DNA of 64,000 bases from Candidatus Fermentibacterota bacterium (GTDB lineage Bacteria > Fermentibacterota > Fermentibacteria > Fermentibacterales > JCC-6): assembly GCA_014728175.1 (NCBI GenBank), contig WJMA01000003.1, forward strand, positions 66,191 through 130,190, given 5' to 3'. Below the pieces are notes generated by a model that saw only the letters and a program-made list of their open reading frames with translations, had not been told where the DNA came from and did no database searches. A program made the position numbers and the translations under genes. Shown piece after piece: positions 45,442 to 55,879 of the stretch. Numbering within the stretch: the first letter of the stretch is position 1; each line of letters opens with the position of its first letter.

Positions 45442-46695
45442 CTAGACAGCCTCTTCGACGCCGTCCTCGTCGGGGGTGAACCTGGGTTGCTCCTCATCGA
45501 GGATGCTTTTCCTGGTGATAAGGAGCGAACCCTTCGCGCTCTTCTTGGAGGGCAGTGAGTACATGGACTCCAGGAGGCTCCTTTCCAGGATCGACCTCAA
45601 TCCCCGGGCACCACTCTCGGTCTTGCCGCCCTGACGGGCTATCTCCAGTAGGGCATCATCATCGAACCTAAGCTCTATCCCCTCCAGCCTGAAGAAGTAG
45701 GAGAATTGCTTGATCAGGGCGTTTCGCGGCTCCGTCAGCACCCGGACCAGGTCCTCCTCGGTCAGATCGTCCAGGGCCACGATCACCGGCAACCGGCCCA
45801 CCAGCTCGGGGATAAGACCGTAGTGAACCAGGTCATGGGGCCGGGTGTTCCTGAGGATGTTCTGGTCCTTCTGGCGGAACCGACGGCTGAGGGAGGCATC
45901 GAATCCCAGAGACCCCTGGTTCATCCTTCTGCCTATGATACTTTCCAAACCGTGGAAAGCACCGCCGCAGATGAAGAGAATATTGCTGGTGTCGACCTGG
46001 ATGTTCTCCTGGTAGGGATGCTTTCGGCCCCCCTGGGGCGGGACGCTGGCCATCGTACCCTCTATTATCTTGAGAAGCGCCTGCTGAACGCCCTCTCCGG
46101 AGACATCGCGGGTTATGGATGGATTCTCGGACTTGCGGGCTATCTTGTCTATCTCGTCTATGTAGATGATGCCCTTCTGCGCCGTCTCTATATCCATGTC
46201 CGTTACCTGTAACAACCGCAGAAGGATGTTCTCCACATCCTCTCCCACGTAGCCGGCCTCGGTCAGGGTGGTGGCGTCGGCTATGGCGAAGGGCACGTCC
46301 AAAACGGTAGCCAGAGTTCTGGCCAGCAACGTCTTCCCTACACCGGTCGGCCCGGCCAGGAGTATGTTGCTCTTCTCCAGCTCCACGTCGCGGTCGGGCT
46401 CGAAATCGGACCGCAACCGCTTGTAGTGATTGTACACGGCAACGGACAGCACGCGCTTGGCATACTCCTGGCCAACCACGTAGTCGTCCAGCTTATTCTT
46501 GATCTCAGCGGGGGGAAGGAGCTCCCCCTCCATGAAGCCGGTACGGTGAAGGTCCTCGTCGCGCTCTTCCTCCCGGATAAGCTTGTAGCAGTACCGTACG
46601 CAATCGTCACAGATACTCACCCCGGGCCCCTGGATGAGTCTTCCCACCTCACTGGCGGGTCTATTGCAGAAAGAGCAATTGCTTACCCTGGGCAT
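45442..46695 (-). CDS. clpX: ATP-dependent Clp protease ATPase subunit
   Basis: N-terminal 'CSFC..CDDC' zinc finger, 'GPTGVGKT', 'DEIDK', '[10 protein letters not shown]'. Confidence 0.96.
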   Translation of the reverse strand: MPRVSNCSFCNRPASEVGRLIQGPGVSICDDCVRYCYKLIREEERDEDLHRTGFMEGELLPPAEIKNKLDDYVVGQEYAKRVLSVAVYNHYKRLRSDFEPDRDVELEKSNILLAGPTGVGKTLLARTLATVLDVPFAIADATTLTEAGYVGEDVENILLRLLQVTDMDIETAQKGIIYIDEIDKIARKSENPSITRDVSGEGVQQALLKIIEGTMASVPPQGGRKHPYQENIQVDTSNILFICGGAFHGLESIIGRRMNQGSLGFDASLSRRFRQKDQNILRNTRPHDLVHYGLIPELVGRLPVIVALDDLTEEDLVRVLTEPRNALIKQFSYFFRLEGIELRFDDDALLEIARQGGKTESGARGLRSILERSLLESMYSLPSKKSAKGSLLITRKSILDEEQPRFTPDEDGVEEAV

Positions 46696-46723
46696 CGTTT
46701 ACCCCGTTTCTATTCCAAAACGC

Positions 46724-47317
46724 TCACTTCCCGGACTTCCTGGCGCTGAGGACTGTGTCCACCACCCCGTACTCCCGGGCCTCCTCGGCCGTCATCCAGA
46801 AGTTCCGGTCGGTGTCGACCTCTATCCTCTCCACCGGCTGCCCGGTGTGATCCGATAGTATTAGGTTAAGCTCCTGCCGGAGCTTGATGATCTCCTTCGC
46901 TTCTATCTCTATATCACTGGCTTGCCCCTGAACACCCCCCATGGGCTGGTGCAGCATCACCCGGGCGTGGGGAAGGCTGTTCCTCTTACCCTTCTCACCT
47001 CCGGCCAGAAGGACGGCGGACATGCTGGCGGCCGAGCCCATGCAGTAGGTTCCCACGTCGGGCCTTATGAATTGCATTGTGTCGTATATGGCCAGGCCGG
47101 CAGCCACCGATCCGCCCGGACTGTTCACGTACATGCTGATGTCTCTCTCCGGATCTTCTCCCTCGAGGAAAAGCAGCTGCGCAACTACCAGGCTGGCAGT
47201 CTGATTCGTAATGATGTCTCCAACGAAAACTATTCTCTCTTTGAGCAGCCTGGAGTAGATGTCGTAGGCTCGCTCCGTGTTGCCGCTGCGCTCCACAACG
47301 AACGGAATAACGGGCAT
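46724..47317 (-). CDS. clpP: Clp protease proteolytic subunit
   Basis: '[12 protein letters not shown]', 'NSPGG', 'AASM', 'HQP', 'DRN'. Confidence 0.96.
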   Translation of the reverse strand: MPVIPFVVERSGNTERAYDIYSRLLKERIVFVGDIITNQTASLVVAQLLFLEGEDPERDISMYVNSPGGSVAAGLAIYDTMQFIRPDVGTYCMGSAASMSAVLLAGGEKGKRNSLPHARVMLHQPMGGVQGQASDIEIEAKEIIKLRQELNLILSDHTGQPVERIEVDTDRNFWMTAEEAREYGVVDTVLSARKSGK

Positions 47318-47321
47318 GGAG

Positions 47322-48584
47322 CTAATCCTCCTTCTCTTTGCCGCCTTCGGCGTCTTCTTCCAACTCCTGCCACGACCAAGACGGCTCCTGCCGATCCTCG
47401 TCCTCCGGGGACGACGGGGGGGTCGATCCGTTTTCCTCATTCAGAACAGCCTCGGAAAGGATCAGTTCCATGGCCCGAACGTTCCTCACCCGGTCGTAAA
47501 CCGAGCTGGCCGACTCCTCGGGGCTTCTCTCCTCTTGGACCTCTTCCTCGGAAACCTCGATATCCTCCCGTATCGCCACCTGTCTGAGAACGAAGAACTC
47601 CCGGACCTTTCTGGAGGCCATCTTCCTGGCGGACTCCACCATCCGTTCGTCCGCTTCGTCCCCATCCAACCTTCTGAGTAGGTCCTCGGTCATGTTATCG
47701 ACCATGTAACGAGGTGGCTCGAACTCGTTACTTTCCAGAACTTTATCCAATGCCTGTCTTTCCAGGAACTGTTTCTTCTCCTGCTCTAGTCTTTCCTCGA
47801 GGTCCTCCCTCAGTTCCTGCCGCATATCCTCCATGGTGTCGCTGCCGCCCACTTTCTTCGCGAACTCGTCGTCCAGCTCGGGCAGCTTGGGCTCTCTGAC
47901 CTCGGTTACCCGGAATCTAATCGTCTCGCCCAGGTCTCCTTCGTCCTCCCGGGTTTCCATCCTGGCTACGAAGACGTCACCCGCCTTCCGTGCTTCCACG
48001 ATGTCGTCGAAGCCCGGGCCCATCTGCGAATGTCCCAGCCGTACGGCCAGGTCGCGGTCGTCTTCGGTGTCTCTATCCGGGGTCTGAAGAACCACCAGAT
48101 CCCCCTGTTCGGCGGGGCGTTCCACCGGCTCGAAGCTTACCATTCTCTCCCTAAGGGATTGCAGCGTCTGTTCTACCTCCCGGTCCAGGTCGAAAACTGG
48201 TTCCACCAGCTCCAGCCCCTTGTATTCCTCCAGCTCCGGGCCGCCGTAGAGGCTGTAGGTGATGCTGAAGGTATAGTCCTCTCCCTCTATGGGCAGTTCC
48301 TCGTCGGATACGGCCATCTCGTCGTCGAGTATCCAGTCCTCCTCGGTAAGCACCCTGGAGGTGAGGCTCTGTCTGACCACCTCGGCCACCTCGGCCTTTA
48401 TTAGATTACCGAACCTCTTGTCCACTATCGATCTGGGCACTTTCCCGGGGCGAAACCCAGGCAGATCGAGATCCCTGGTTATCTTTCCCCTCACCTCCCG
48501 GAAGAGCTTCTCCATCCTGTCGGCCGGCTCCTGGAACCTTACCGTTCTCCTGTTGTCTTTCGATTCTACTATCTCGTAATCCAT
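47322..48584 (-). CDS. tig: Trigger factor
   Basis: 'PGFRPGKVP', '[10 protein letters not shown]'; tig-clpP-clpX synteny. Confidence 0.9.
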   Translation of the reverse strand: MDYEIVESKDNRRTVRFQEPADRMEKLFREVRGKITRDLDLPGFRPGKVPRSIVDKRFGNLIKAEVAEVVRQSLTSRVLTEEDWILDDEMAVSDEELPIEGEDYTFSITYSLYGGPELEEYKGLELVEPVFDLDREVEQTLQSLRERMVSFEPVERPAEQGDLVVLQTPDRDTEDDRDLAVRLGHSQMGPGFDDIVEARKAGDVFVARMETREDEGDLGETIRFRVTEVREPKLPELDDEFAKKVGGSDTMEDMRQELREDLEERLEQEKKQFLERQALDKVLESNEFEPPRYMVDNMTEDLLRRLDGDEADERMVESARKMASRKVREFFVLRQVAIREDIEVSEEEVQEERSPEESASSVYDRVRNVRAMELILSEAVLNEENGSTPPSSPEDEDRQEPSWSWQELEEDAEGGKEKED

Positions 48585-48599
48585 TATCCTCTTACCTTT

Positions 48600-48684
48600 T
48601 GGTGCGAGAGGGGGGACTCGAACCCCCACGGGATACCCCACCAGATCCTAAATCTGGCGCGTCTGCCGGTTCCGCCACTCCCGC
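48600..48684 (-). tRNA. tRNA-Leu (TAG)
   Basis: GCGGGAG acceptor, CCAGA-TTTAGGA-TCTGG anticodon arm, long variable arm, GTTCGAGT T-loop, encoded CCA. Confidence 0.97.
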
Positions 48685-48707
48685 GATTGCGTACGATCCA
48701 AGTCAAA

Positions 48708-48736
48708 TAAATAGCCGTTGGGGCGGTCGTGGTCAA
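48708..48736 (-). promoter_or_regulatory. Putative promoter of tRNA-Leu/tig
   Basis: TTGACC-N17-TATTTA on the minus strand, 23 nt upstream of the tRNA. Confidence 0.5.
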
Positions 48737-48745
48737 AGAGTGCGG

Positions 48746-49504
48746 TCATTGGGTGCTTTCCCTGCGCAGGGCCGCCTCGTCGCTTTCCGGATAGCGCTCC
48801 AGAAGCAGCTCCCACAACCTCTCGGCATCCCTTAGCGCCGAATGGTCAGCGTAGATGCGCGCCGCACGGGCGACCGCAGCGGGAGCCTTCTCCGAGCCAG
48901 GATAGAGGTGGTAGAGCGTAACCAGGTTCTCTATCGCCCTGTGGTGCTGCCCATCGGCCTCGTGGCTGAGAGCCATGAAGTACATGGCGTCGTCGGCGAG
49001 GGAGCTTTCCGGGTAGAGGGTCAGGAGCTCCTCGAAACCGGCGGAAGCCGTCCCGTAGTTGCCTTGCTGAAACTGCAGGTAAGCCTCCTCGTAGATAACC
49101 CGGGCATCGGGACCGGCTACGGAGTCCTGCGAGACCCTCGCCGTTCCCGTCTGAAGTCGGCGGAGGGTTATCTCCAGCTCCGAGGCCAGCGTGGAAAGCC
49201 GTTCCACCAGCTCTGCGGCCTGGGAACCGGTTTGGGCGTGCAGCCCTCTCAGCAGACTTTCGTTCTCCCGTACCGCCCCGGAGATGGAGTAGAGAGTGTC
49301 CTTCATCTCCAGCTGCCTTCCCTCCATCTTCTCTATCCGGCCCGGAGCGTTGGCCCACTTGCTTCCCCAGCACCCGGCCGCCACCAACATGAAGAGGCAG
49401 AGGAATATCGGGTGGGCTACGGCCCTTCTGCTATCTACTGGGCAGGACCCGTAAATGGACCCGTCTGTTCTTCGCCCACGATTGCTCGTCATGACCAAGC
49501 GCAA
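48746..49504 (-). CDS. cpoB: Tol-Pal associated TPR protein (start uncertain)
   Basis: Follows pal; coiled coil then TPR 'YPESSLADDAMY...YPGSEKAP...YPESDEA'; lipobox AAGC. Confidence 0.8.
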   Translation of the reverse strand: MRLVMTSNRGRRTDGSIYGSCPVDSRRAVAHPIFLCLFMLVAAGCWGSKWANAPGRIEKMEGRQLEMKDTLYSISGAVRENESLLRGLHAQTGSQAAELVERLSTLASELEITLRRLQTGTARVSQDSVAGPDARVIYEEAYLQFQQGNYGTASAGFEELLTLYPESSLADDAMYFMALSHEADGQHHRAIENLVTLYHLYPGSEKAPAAVARAARIYADHSALRDAERLWELLLERYPESDEAALRRESTQ

Positions 49505-49982
49505 AAGGTCTCTCCTTTCCGTAACTCACGGTTTGAAGCCTAGAGGCGTCCACGCCGTACTCGATCAGATAATCGTAGACAGCCATGGCCCGTCTCTCCC
49601 CCAGCGCCAGGTTGTAATCAATGGTTCCCCGCTGGTCGCAATGACCCTCCAGAAGAACCCGGAATTCCTTGTGGTCCAGGATGTAGGAGGCGTCGTGCAT
49701 CAGAGTGTCCAGAGCCTGCTCGGTCAGCTCGCTCCGATCGAACTCGAAGAATACGTCTTTAAGCCGCTGCTGGTGCACGGCCAGAGTGTCCACGGAGGTT
49801 ATTACGGTGTCCGGGCCCCAGATACCGGTCTCTATGCTGTCCTCCACCAGGGTGTCCGTCTCGAAGACGGCGGTGGTATCAGGTCCCTCCGTAGTATCGT
49901 CCGGTCTGCATCCGGTCGCCGCCGTCATAACGATGGGCACCGCCAGCATCACCGACAGAATCAGTCTGCGCATCACCCTCAC
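49431..49982 (-). CDS. pal: Peptidoglycan-associated lipoprotein
   Basis: Lipobox ATGC; 'FEFDRS', 'EGHCDQRGTIDYNLALGERRA', 'SYGKERP', 'KNRR'. Confidence 0.92.
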   Translation of the reverse strand: MRVMRRLILSVMLAVPIVMTAATGCRPDDTTEGPDTTAVFETDTLVEDSIETGIWGPDTVITSVDTLAVHQQRLKDVFFEFDRSELTEQALDTLMHDASYILDHKEFRVLLEGHCDQRGTIDYNLALGERRAMAVYDYLIEYGVDASRLQTVSYGKERPFALGHDEQSWAKNRRVHLRVLPSR

Positions 49983-49995
49983 TCACCTTCCCTGA

Positions 49996-51228
49996 TCAGC
50001 CACCCTCGGCAGGATGCCGGGCCACGGGCGACCATGTGGGGAAATAGCATTCCCCGGACTGGCTCAACTTATGAACCTTCAAACTGTTAAGCTCCAGGAT
50101 GTATATTGCCCTGGATCCGTCCCTATCGCTACTGAAGGCTATGTGTCTGCCCGTGGGCGACCACACGGGGTTCTCGTTCAACGTTCCCTCGGAGGTCACC
50201 TGGCGCACATCGCCGCCGTCGGCGTCACTTACGAATATATGGAAGTCGCCGCCGCATCTGGCCACGTAGGCTATCCTGTCCCCCAACGGTGACCAGGCCG
50301 GGCTGTCCATGTAGCGGTGAACGCCGGTAAGCCTGGTGGCGCTTCCGCCGCAACTGTCCATCACGTACAGCTGGGGAAACCCCAGCCTGTCGCTGGTGAA
50401 GATTATCTGACTTCCGTTCGGAGAGAAGTCGGGAGCGGTCTCGATCGAGCTTCTCGCGGTAAGCCGAACCAGCCTTTCCGAGGCCATATCGTAAAGCGAT
50501 ATCTCCGAGTTGGCGCCTTCCGAGACGGTCAGGGCCAGTTTTTTCCCATCCGGGCTCCAGGCGGGAGAGGTGTGCAACCCCCCCCCGGACAGTATCCTCA
50601 GGGCTCTTCCCTCGGATAGGTCGTAGACGTAGAGGTCCGACGTGCCCGATCTGTACGAGGTCAGGGCTATGCGGTCGCCCGAAGGGCTCCACGAGGGGGT
50701 GGTTATGACCTCCTCGTCCCGCAGGACCATCACCTGCTCCCGGGGATCGAGGCTCTTGACCATCAGCGCGTAGCTGGAGCCACTTCTGCTTACGTAAGCC
50801 AGCCTGGTGGAGGCTATTCCCTGCTCGCCGGTGAGCAGGTATACCATGTCGTCCGATACGGCGTGGACGAGGGGGTACAGCGCCTCCCTGGACCGGGACC
50901 GGCTTACGTACTGTCTGTCCATCAGCGTTTCTCCGCCCGCTTTCAGACACGCGGACAACACGGTTCCCCTCTCTCCCCGCGTTGCGTCTACGGTTACCTC
51001 GCCGTAGAAGCTCTCCTCCTCCACCCGGAGCAACCCGGAGAAGTCTACGTCGAACTCCATCTGCTCGTAAACCGGCTCTACCAGCTCGGGGTCTCCCTTT
51101 ACAACCACCCGAACCGGCAGACACTCGCTTCCCAGGGGGGTCATGGGCAGGAACTCGGAGGTTTGAGCCAACGGCTCGGTTCCCATAACGGCTCCGACCA
51201 GCAGCCCTAACCGGACCCAGCCTCTCAT
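49996..51228 (-). CDS. tolB: Tol-Pal beta-propeller protein
   Basis: 'LTGEQGIASTRLAYV'; repeated PD40 'PxWSPxG' motifs. Confidence 0.88.
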   Translation of the reverse strand: MRGWVRLGLLVGAVMGTEPLAQTSEFLPMTPLGSECLPVRVVVKGDPELVEPVYEQMEFDVDFSGLLRVEEESFYGEVTVDATRGERGTVLSACLKAGGETLMDRQYVSRSRSREALYPLVHAVSDDMVYLLTGEQGIASTRLAYVSRSGSSYALMVKSLDPREQVMVLRDEEVITTPSWSPSGDRIALTSYRSGTSDLYVYDLSEGRALRILSGGGLHTSPAWSPDGKKLALTVSEGANSEISLYDMASERLVRLTARSSIETAPDFSPNGSQIIFTSDRLGFPQLYVMDSCGGSATRLTGVHRYMDSPAWSPLGDRIAYVARCGGDFHIFVSDADGGDVRQVTSEGTLNENPVWSPTGRHIAFSSDRDGSRAIYILELNSLKVHKLSQSGECYFPTWSPVARHPAEGG

Positions 51229-51884
51229 GGACCTTCTCCCTCCGCGCCCAGGAACTCTATCCTAAGTACGGCCGGGGTGGTTCTTCCCGGGGGCGGAGGG
51301 GGGATATTGGCCATGGCCAGCGCATGCTCCACCGCCCGGTCGAACGCACCGGTCCCGCTCTTTCTTATGGTGGTGACCTGGACCGAACCGTCGGGACGTA
51401 CGACTAGCTCTATCCGGTAGGATTCCGAGGGAGTTACGGAGGTCCGGAAGTGCCTTCTTACCGCATTGAACACCCTGGACTCGTAGGTACCCGGGCCGGG
51501 AGCCTGGCCCTGGACGTTCCCCTGATGGTCCACGGCGCTGAACTCGCTCGCGGTCTCAGAAGGATCCTCATGGGAGCCTTGCTCCTCGGGCGAATCCTCT
51601 TCCTGTACCGGGGGCTCCTCTTCCGCCTCGGATTCCGGCTGTACGGGGGATTCCTCCTCGGTCTCCACCTGCTCCTCGGGCTGGGTTTCCTCTACAGGGT
51701 CGGGGCGGGGCTCTTCCTGCCCATCGGACACGGCGGTCGCGGGTTGCTGCAGAGTTACCATCTCCACCGCTATCGCGTTTCCGGTCATTGGAGTCGGCGT
51801 CCACTCCTCACCGGACAGCACAAACCCAACCCCCACCACCAGTACATGAAGGGCTACCGAGACCAGAAGGTATCTGGGATTCAT
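51225..51884 (-). CDS. tolA: TolA/TonB-family energy transducer
   Basis: TM 'SVALH', acidic Pro-rich linker, C-terminal 'KSGTGAFDRAV'. Confidence 0.75.
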   Translation of the reverse strand: MNPRYLLVSVALHVLVVGVGFVLSGEEWTPTPMTGNAIAVEMVTLQQPATAVSDGQEEPRPDPVEETQPEEQVETEEESPVQPESEAEEEPPVQEEDSPEEQGSHEDPSETASEFSAVDHQGNVQGQAPGPGTYESRVFNAVRRHFRTSVTPSESYRIELVVRPDGSVQVTTIRKSGTGAFDRAVEHALAMANIPPPPPGRTTPAVLRIEFLGAEGEGP

Positions 51885-52315
51885 CGCTCCTCGGCCTCCC
51901 GCGACTCCTGGAGCAGGCCGACCGTGGGATATCCCCCTCTGCGCAGCTCGGTCAGTACTCCGGTTACCACCTCGTAGCGAACGTTCCGGTCCGCCCGGAC
52001 GTAGGCCTCCATCCGCCCGGAGCCCAGGGCGGTCGCGGCCAGCCCGGACAGGTCATCCATCCGCACGGTCTCTCCTCCCACCGTAACCGAGCCGTCATCG
52101 GCCACCTCCACAACCAGGGACGTCCCGGGGTCCAGATTGGTTATTATCCTGCCCTGGTCGCTTTCCGGGGGAGAGACGTCCGCGCTGCGGTGGATCACCG
52201 GGGCGGTAAGCATGAATATCACCAGGAGAACCAGGGTCACGTCTACCAGGTTGGTCACGTTTATGGTCGCGAACCGGGAGTACCTGGGCTTTATCAAAGC
52301 CTTCCCCTTCGGCAC
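51881..52315 (-). CDS. tolR: TolR/ExbD
   Basis: 'INVTNLVDVTLVLLVIFMLTAP', 'VRAD'. Confidence 0.88.
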   Translation of the reverse strand: MPKGKALIKPRYSRFATINVTNLVDVTLVLLVIFMLTAPVIHRSADVSPPESDQGRIITNLDPGTSLVVEVADDGSVTVGGETVRMDDLSGLAATALGSGRMEAYVRADRNVRYEVVTGVLTELRRGGYPTVGLLQESREAEER

Positions 52316-52959
52316 ACGTCCACCAGCTCGGATAGGAACCTGTCTATCTCCCCGGCCAGCGAGTTGATCCTGCCCACCACGAAGTTGTGGAAGACGTTGG
52401 CCGGTATGGCGGCCAGAAGGCCGGCCACGGTGGTGGTCAAGGCGGCGGCCACGCCTGCGCCCACCGCGCTGAGGTCGGCCGTGCCGGTCTCCTTCATCCC
52501 GATGAAGCTGGTCAGAACCCCCCAGACCGTTCCCAGCAGCCCCAACAGGGGCGATACGCTGGTAACGGTGGCCAGGAAGCCTATGTTCCTCTCCCTCGCG
52601 GAGAGGTCCTCACTGGCCTCACGCTCCAGGGCGCTCTGCAGCCTAGCCACCTCCTCGGAGGACAGGCTTCCGGCCTCGCCCCGGTCCTCCCGCCTGCGCA
52701 AGAACCTTCCCGCCTCAGCATACATCTTGGCCAGTGGGCCTATCTCCTGGCTCCGGTTCCAGAAATCACTTCCCGGAGGCCTTCCGGTGGTACGCAGCGT
52801 TTCCATGAACTTCTTGGACACCCCGAGGACGTTCCTGAACTCCCTCAGCTTGGCTATGGCCACGGCCCACGAACCCACGGACAGAAAGAATATGCACAGC
52901 AATATCAGCTTGGTTATCAGATCCGCCTCGCCTACCAGGGAGATAACCTTACCCACCAT
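52294..52959 (-). CDS. tolQ: TolQ/ExbB proton channel
   Basis: 'SPLLGLLGTVWG', 'ALTTTVAGL..AIPA'. Confidence 0.88.
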   Translation of the reverse strand: MVGKVISLVGEADLITKLILLCIFFLSVGSWAVAIAKLREFRNVLGVSKKFMETLRTTGRPPGSDFWNRSQEIGPLAKMYAEAGRFLRRREDRGEAGSLSSEEVARLQSALEREASEDLSARERNIGFLATVTSVSPLLGLLGTVWGVLTSFIGMKETGTADLSAVGAGVAAALTTTVAGLLAAIPANVFHNFVVGRINSLAGEIDRFLSELVDVCRRGRL

Positions 52960-53341
52960 CAGCTTCTCCCCCTTCGCGGGCCACGGCCTCGATCTCCACC
53001 AGCGCTCCCTTGGGTAGACCGGGCACCTCCACCGCTGCCCTGGCCGGATAGGGCGGTTGGAAGAATCTGGCGTATACCTCGTTCACCTTACCGAAATCGC
53101 TCATGTCCTTGAGATAAACCGTCGACTTGACCACGTCGGTCATGGACAGACCGGCCGCCGACAGGACCGCCCTAAGGTTGGAAAGGGCCCTCTCGGCCTG
53201 TTCTCCCAGTCCTTCCACCAGCTCCCCAGAGACGGGGTCCAGCCCAATCTGGCCGGATATGAACAGAAAGCCCCCGGACTCGACAGCCTGGCTGTAGGCT
53301 CCCACGGGCTCGGGGGCGTCATCAGACCTGACCTCAGTCAA
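52949..53341 (-). CDS. ridA: RidA-family enamine/imine deaminase
   Basis: 'PVGAYSQA', 'ISGQI', 'VNEVY', 'PARAAV', 'LPKGALVEIE'. Confidence 0.92.
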   Translation of the reverse strand: MTEVRSDDAPEPVGAYSQAVESGGFLFISGQIGLDPVSGELVEGLGEQAERALSNLRAVLSAAGLSMTDVVKSTVYLKDMSDFGKVNEVYARFFQPPYPARAAVEVPGLPKGALVEIEAVAREGGEADGG

Positions 53342-53525
53342 ACCGACTCCTCTTCTCCCCTGCGAGAACAATGACGCCTCAGTGAATATACATACTCAAG
53401 CCCCCTTCTGTTCCAAACGGAACGTTTTTCAGATAGCTCGGGACTACGGGCCCTTCTCTCCGGAGAGCGAAGGTTTCATATTCTCTGGTAAGCTTATGCT
53501 GTAGCACCACGCCGGGGGGAGAGTC

Positions 53526-54491
53526 ATGTCCGATCTGTCGACCACGTACCTGGGACTGGAGCTGCGCAATCCCATCGTCGTCGGGAGCTCGGGGCTCTCG
53601 AACTCTCCGAAGAAGGTGGAAGCCTGTGCTCGCGCCGGCGCGGGTGCGGTGGTTCTCAAGTCTATCTTCGAAGAGGAGATCAACGAAGAGTTACAGAAGA
53701 TAGCCCGAGCCAACGCCTGGTACCCAGAGGCCGCCGATTACGTTCGGTCCTACGGACGGCAGAATGCCGTATCACATTATCTGGACCTAATATATAAGTC
53801 AAAGGACTTGGTCGAGATTCCGGTGATAGCCAGCATCCACTGCGTATCACCGGGTGCCTGGACCGAGTTTGCCAGCCGCGCCGACAAAGCCGGAGCCGAC
53901 GCCATAGAGCTCAACGTCTTTATGTTGCCTACGGATACGGATCTCGGTCCATCCGACTACGACAAGATCCACATAGACATCCTTCAGGACGTGAAGTCCA
54001 AGGTCGATGTTCCGGTCTGCATGAAGATCGGAACCCACTTCTCCTCGTTGGCCCGAATGGCGATGATCCTCAGTCACTACGGCGCCGACGGGTTGGTTCT
54101 GTTCAATCGCTTCTTGAGGATGGACATAGACATCGACGACCTCAGCCTCGTTCCGGGAAATCCGTTCAGCGTTCCGGCCGAAACCCTGGTTCCGCTCCGG
54201 TGGGTCTCGCTGCTCTCGAAGAGCATAAACTGTGACATAGTGGGCACTACTGGAATCCATTCCTGGAAAGAGGTCGTAAAACACCTGCTGGCAGGCGCCT
54301 CCGCGGTGCAGATATGCAGCTGTCTCTACCAAAACGGCGTGGAGCACATCGGAAAGCTGCTATCCGGCGTCGAGAATTGGATGGACGACAAGGGATTCGG
54401 CAGCATCGACCAGTTCCGCGGAAAGCTGGCTCGAAAGGCGGAGAGAAAGGCTACGGCCTGGGAGCGCGTCCAGTACATGAAGGAAGAGTAG
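53526..54491 (+). CDS. Dihydroorotate dehydrogenase-like flavoprotein
   Basis: 'TTYLGLELRNPI', 'VVLKSIFEE', 'IELN', 'LFNRF', 'LLAGASAVQ'. Confidence 0.85.
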   Translation: MSDLSTTYLGLELRNPIVVGSSGLSNSPKKVEACARAGAGAVVLKSIFEEEINEELQKIARANAWYPEAADYVRSYGRQNAVSHYLDLIYKSKDLVEIPVIASIHCVSPGAWTEFASRADKAGADAIELNVFMLPTDTDLGPSDYDKIHIDILQDVKSKVDVPVCMKIGTHFSSLARMAMILSHYGADGLVLFNRFLRMDIDIDDLSLVPGNPFSVPAETLVPLRWVSLLSKSINCDIVGTTGIHSWKEVVKHLLAGASAVQICSCLYQNGVEHIGKLLSGVENWMDDKGFGSIDQFRGKLARKAERKATAWERVQYMKEE

Positions 54492-54505
54492 AGACCGGTT
54501 GGCGG

Positions 54506-55474
54506 TTATAGGCGTCCCGGATTTGCCAAGCTTACCAGCAGGGGGTCGAGGCTCTTTTTGCGGGTCCAGGAATCGGCCAGGGGATGGCGGGTGACCTCAT
54601 GGTCCTCCTCACCGACCATGCACGGTGCGGCGCCATCTATAAGGGCTTCCACGGCCGCCCAGCCCAGTTTGGTCGCCAGCACCCGGTCGGCGGAGGTGGG
54701 AGCGCCCCCTCGTTGCACGTGCCCCAGTACGGTGACGTGGCTCTCCAGCCCCGATAGTGCCTCCAACTTGGTCGCTATCTGGTAGGCGTTTCCTTCCTCG
54801 TCGCCCTCGGCGACCACCACCAGACTTGAGGTTCTGCCCTTCTCCCGACGGCCCTCTATAAGACCCGAGAGAGCCTCCAGGTCTGTTCTGGTCTCGGGTA
54901 TCAGTATCTCCTCCGCCCCGGAGCCTACGCCCACTTCCAGGGCAATAAATCCTGCGTCCCGACCCATCACCTCCACCAGGAACAATCTGTCATGGGCCGC
55001 CGCGGTGTCCTTGATCTTGTCTATCGCGGAAAGGGCCGTGTTCACCGCCGTATCGTACCCTATGGTGTAATCACTGCCCCAGATATCGTTGTCTATGGTG
55101 GCCGGCACCCCAACCACCTGAACTCCGTGCTCCTGATGAAGGCAGTTCGCACCCCTGAAGCTGCCGTCGCCGCCCACCACCAGCAGACCTTCTATTCCTT
55201 TGTCGGCAAGCGTCCGGGCAGCCTGCTCTCTCGGTGCGGGGTCGAAGAACCGGGGACTCCTGGCGGAATGAAGAATGGTTCCTCCCCTCTGGATGATGTT
55301 GGAGACCCCCGCGCTGGACAGCAGTTCCAGGCAGCCGTCGATAAGCCCGTCGAAACCCCTGTAGACACCGAATACAGAAAGGCCGCGGTCTATTCCCGTT
55401 CGGACCGCGGCCCTGATCGCTGCGTTCATCCCCGGGGAATCGCCGCCGCTGGTCAGTACGGCAATTCGCTCCAT
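54506..55474 (-). CDS. pfkA: ATP-dependent 6-phosphofructokinase
   Basis: 'TSGGDSPGMNAA', 'GGDGSF', 'TIDND', 'EVMGR', 'GHVQRGG'. Confidence 0.95.
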   Translation of the reverse strand: MERIAVLTSGGDSPGMNAAIRAAVRTGIDRGLSVFGVYRGFDGLIDGCLELLSSAGVSNIIQRGGTILHSARSPRFFDPAPREQAARTLADKGIEGLLVVGGDGSFRGANCLHQEHGVQVVGVPATIDNDIWGSDYTIGYDTAVNTALSAIDKIKDTAAAHDRLFLVEVMGRDAGFIALEVGVGSGAEEILIPETRTDLEALSGLIEGRREKGRTSSLVVVAEGDEEGNAYQIATKLEALSGLESHVTVLGHVQRGGAPTSADRVLATKLGWAAVEALIDGAAPCMVGEEDHEVTRHPLADSWTRKKSLDPLLVSLANPGRL

Positions 55475-55480
55475 CCGAAC

Positions 55481-55867
55481 CTACTCCTCTTTCTCGGATC
55501 CTACCTTCACCGGGCTGTCGACCAACTCCAGGATGCATTCCTCGGCCGTATCTCCCAACCTTTTACCCAGCTTGAGGATCCTGGTGTAACCTCCCGGTCT
55601 TTCCCTGTAACGGGGGCCGAGCTCGTTGAAAACCTTCTTCACGGCCTCGCTTCCGTACACCTGCTTGGCGACCAGCCTTCTGGCGTGAACGGTGTCCTTC
55701 TTGCCCCGGGTTATCACCCGCTCTGCGACGCTGCGGGCCGCCTTGGCCTTGGCCAGGCTGGTGGTGATCCTCTCCTCCATAATGAGGAAGGTAACCATGT
55801 TGCGCAGCATTCTTTGCCGCTCGGCCTTGTTGCGGCTCAGTTTTGCTGTGGTTTTCCTGTGACGCAT
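55481..55867 (-). CDS. rplQ: 50S ribosomal protein L17
   Basis: 'MRHRK', 'RPGGYTRILK'. Confidence 0.96.
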   Translation of the reverse strand: MRHRKTTAKLSRNKAERQRMLRNMVTFLIMEERITTSLAKAKAARSVAERVITRGKKDTVHARRLVAKQVYGSEAVKKVFNELGPRYRERPGGYTRILKLGKRLGDTAEECILELVDSPVKVGSEKEE

Positions 55868-55879
55868 GTTCGCCCCCGG

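Noticed and set aside
48600-48684. tRNA-Leu as a possible integration site
   Set aside because: No integrase, duplicated tRNA 3' end or compositional shift seen; the tRNA-Leu-tig arrangement is ordinary.
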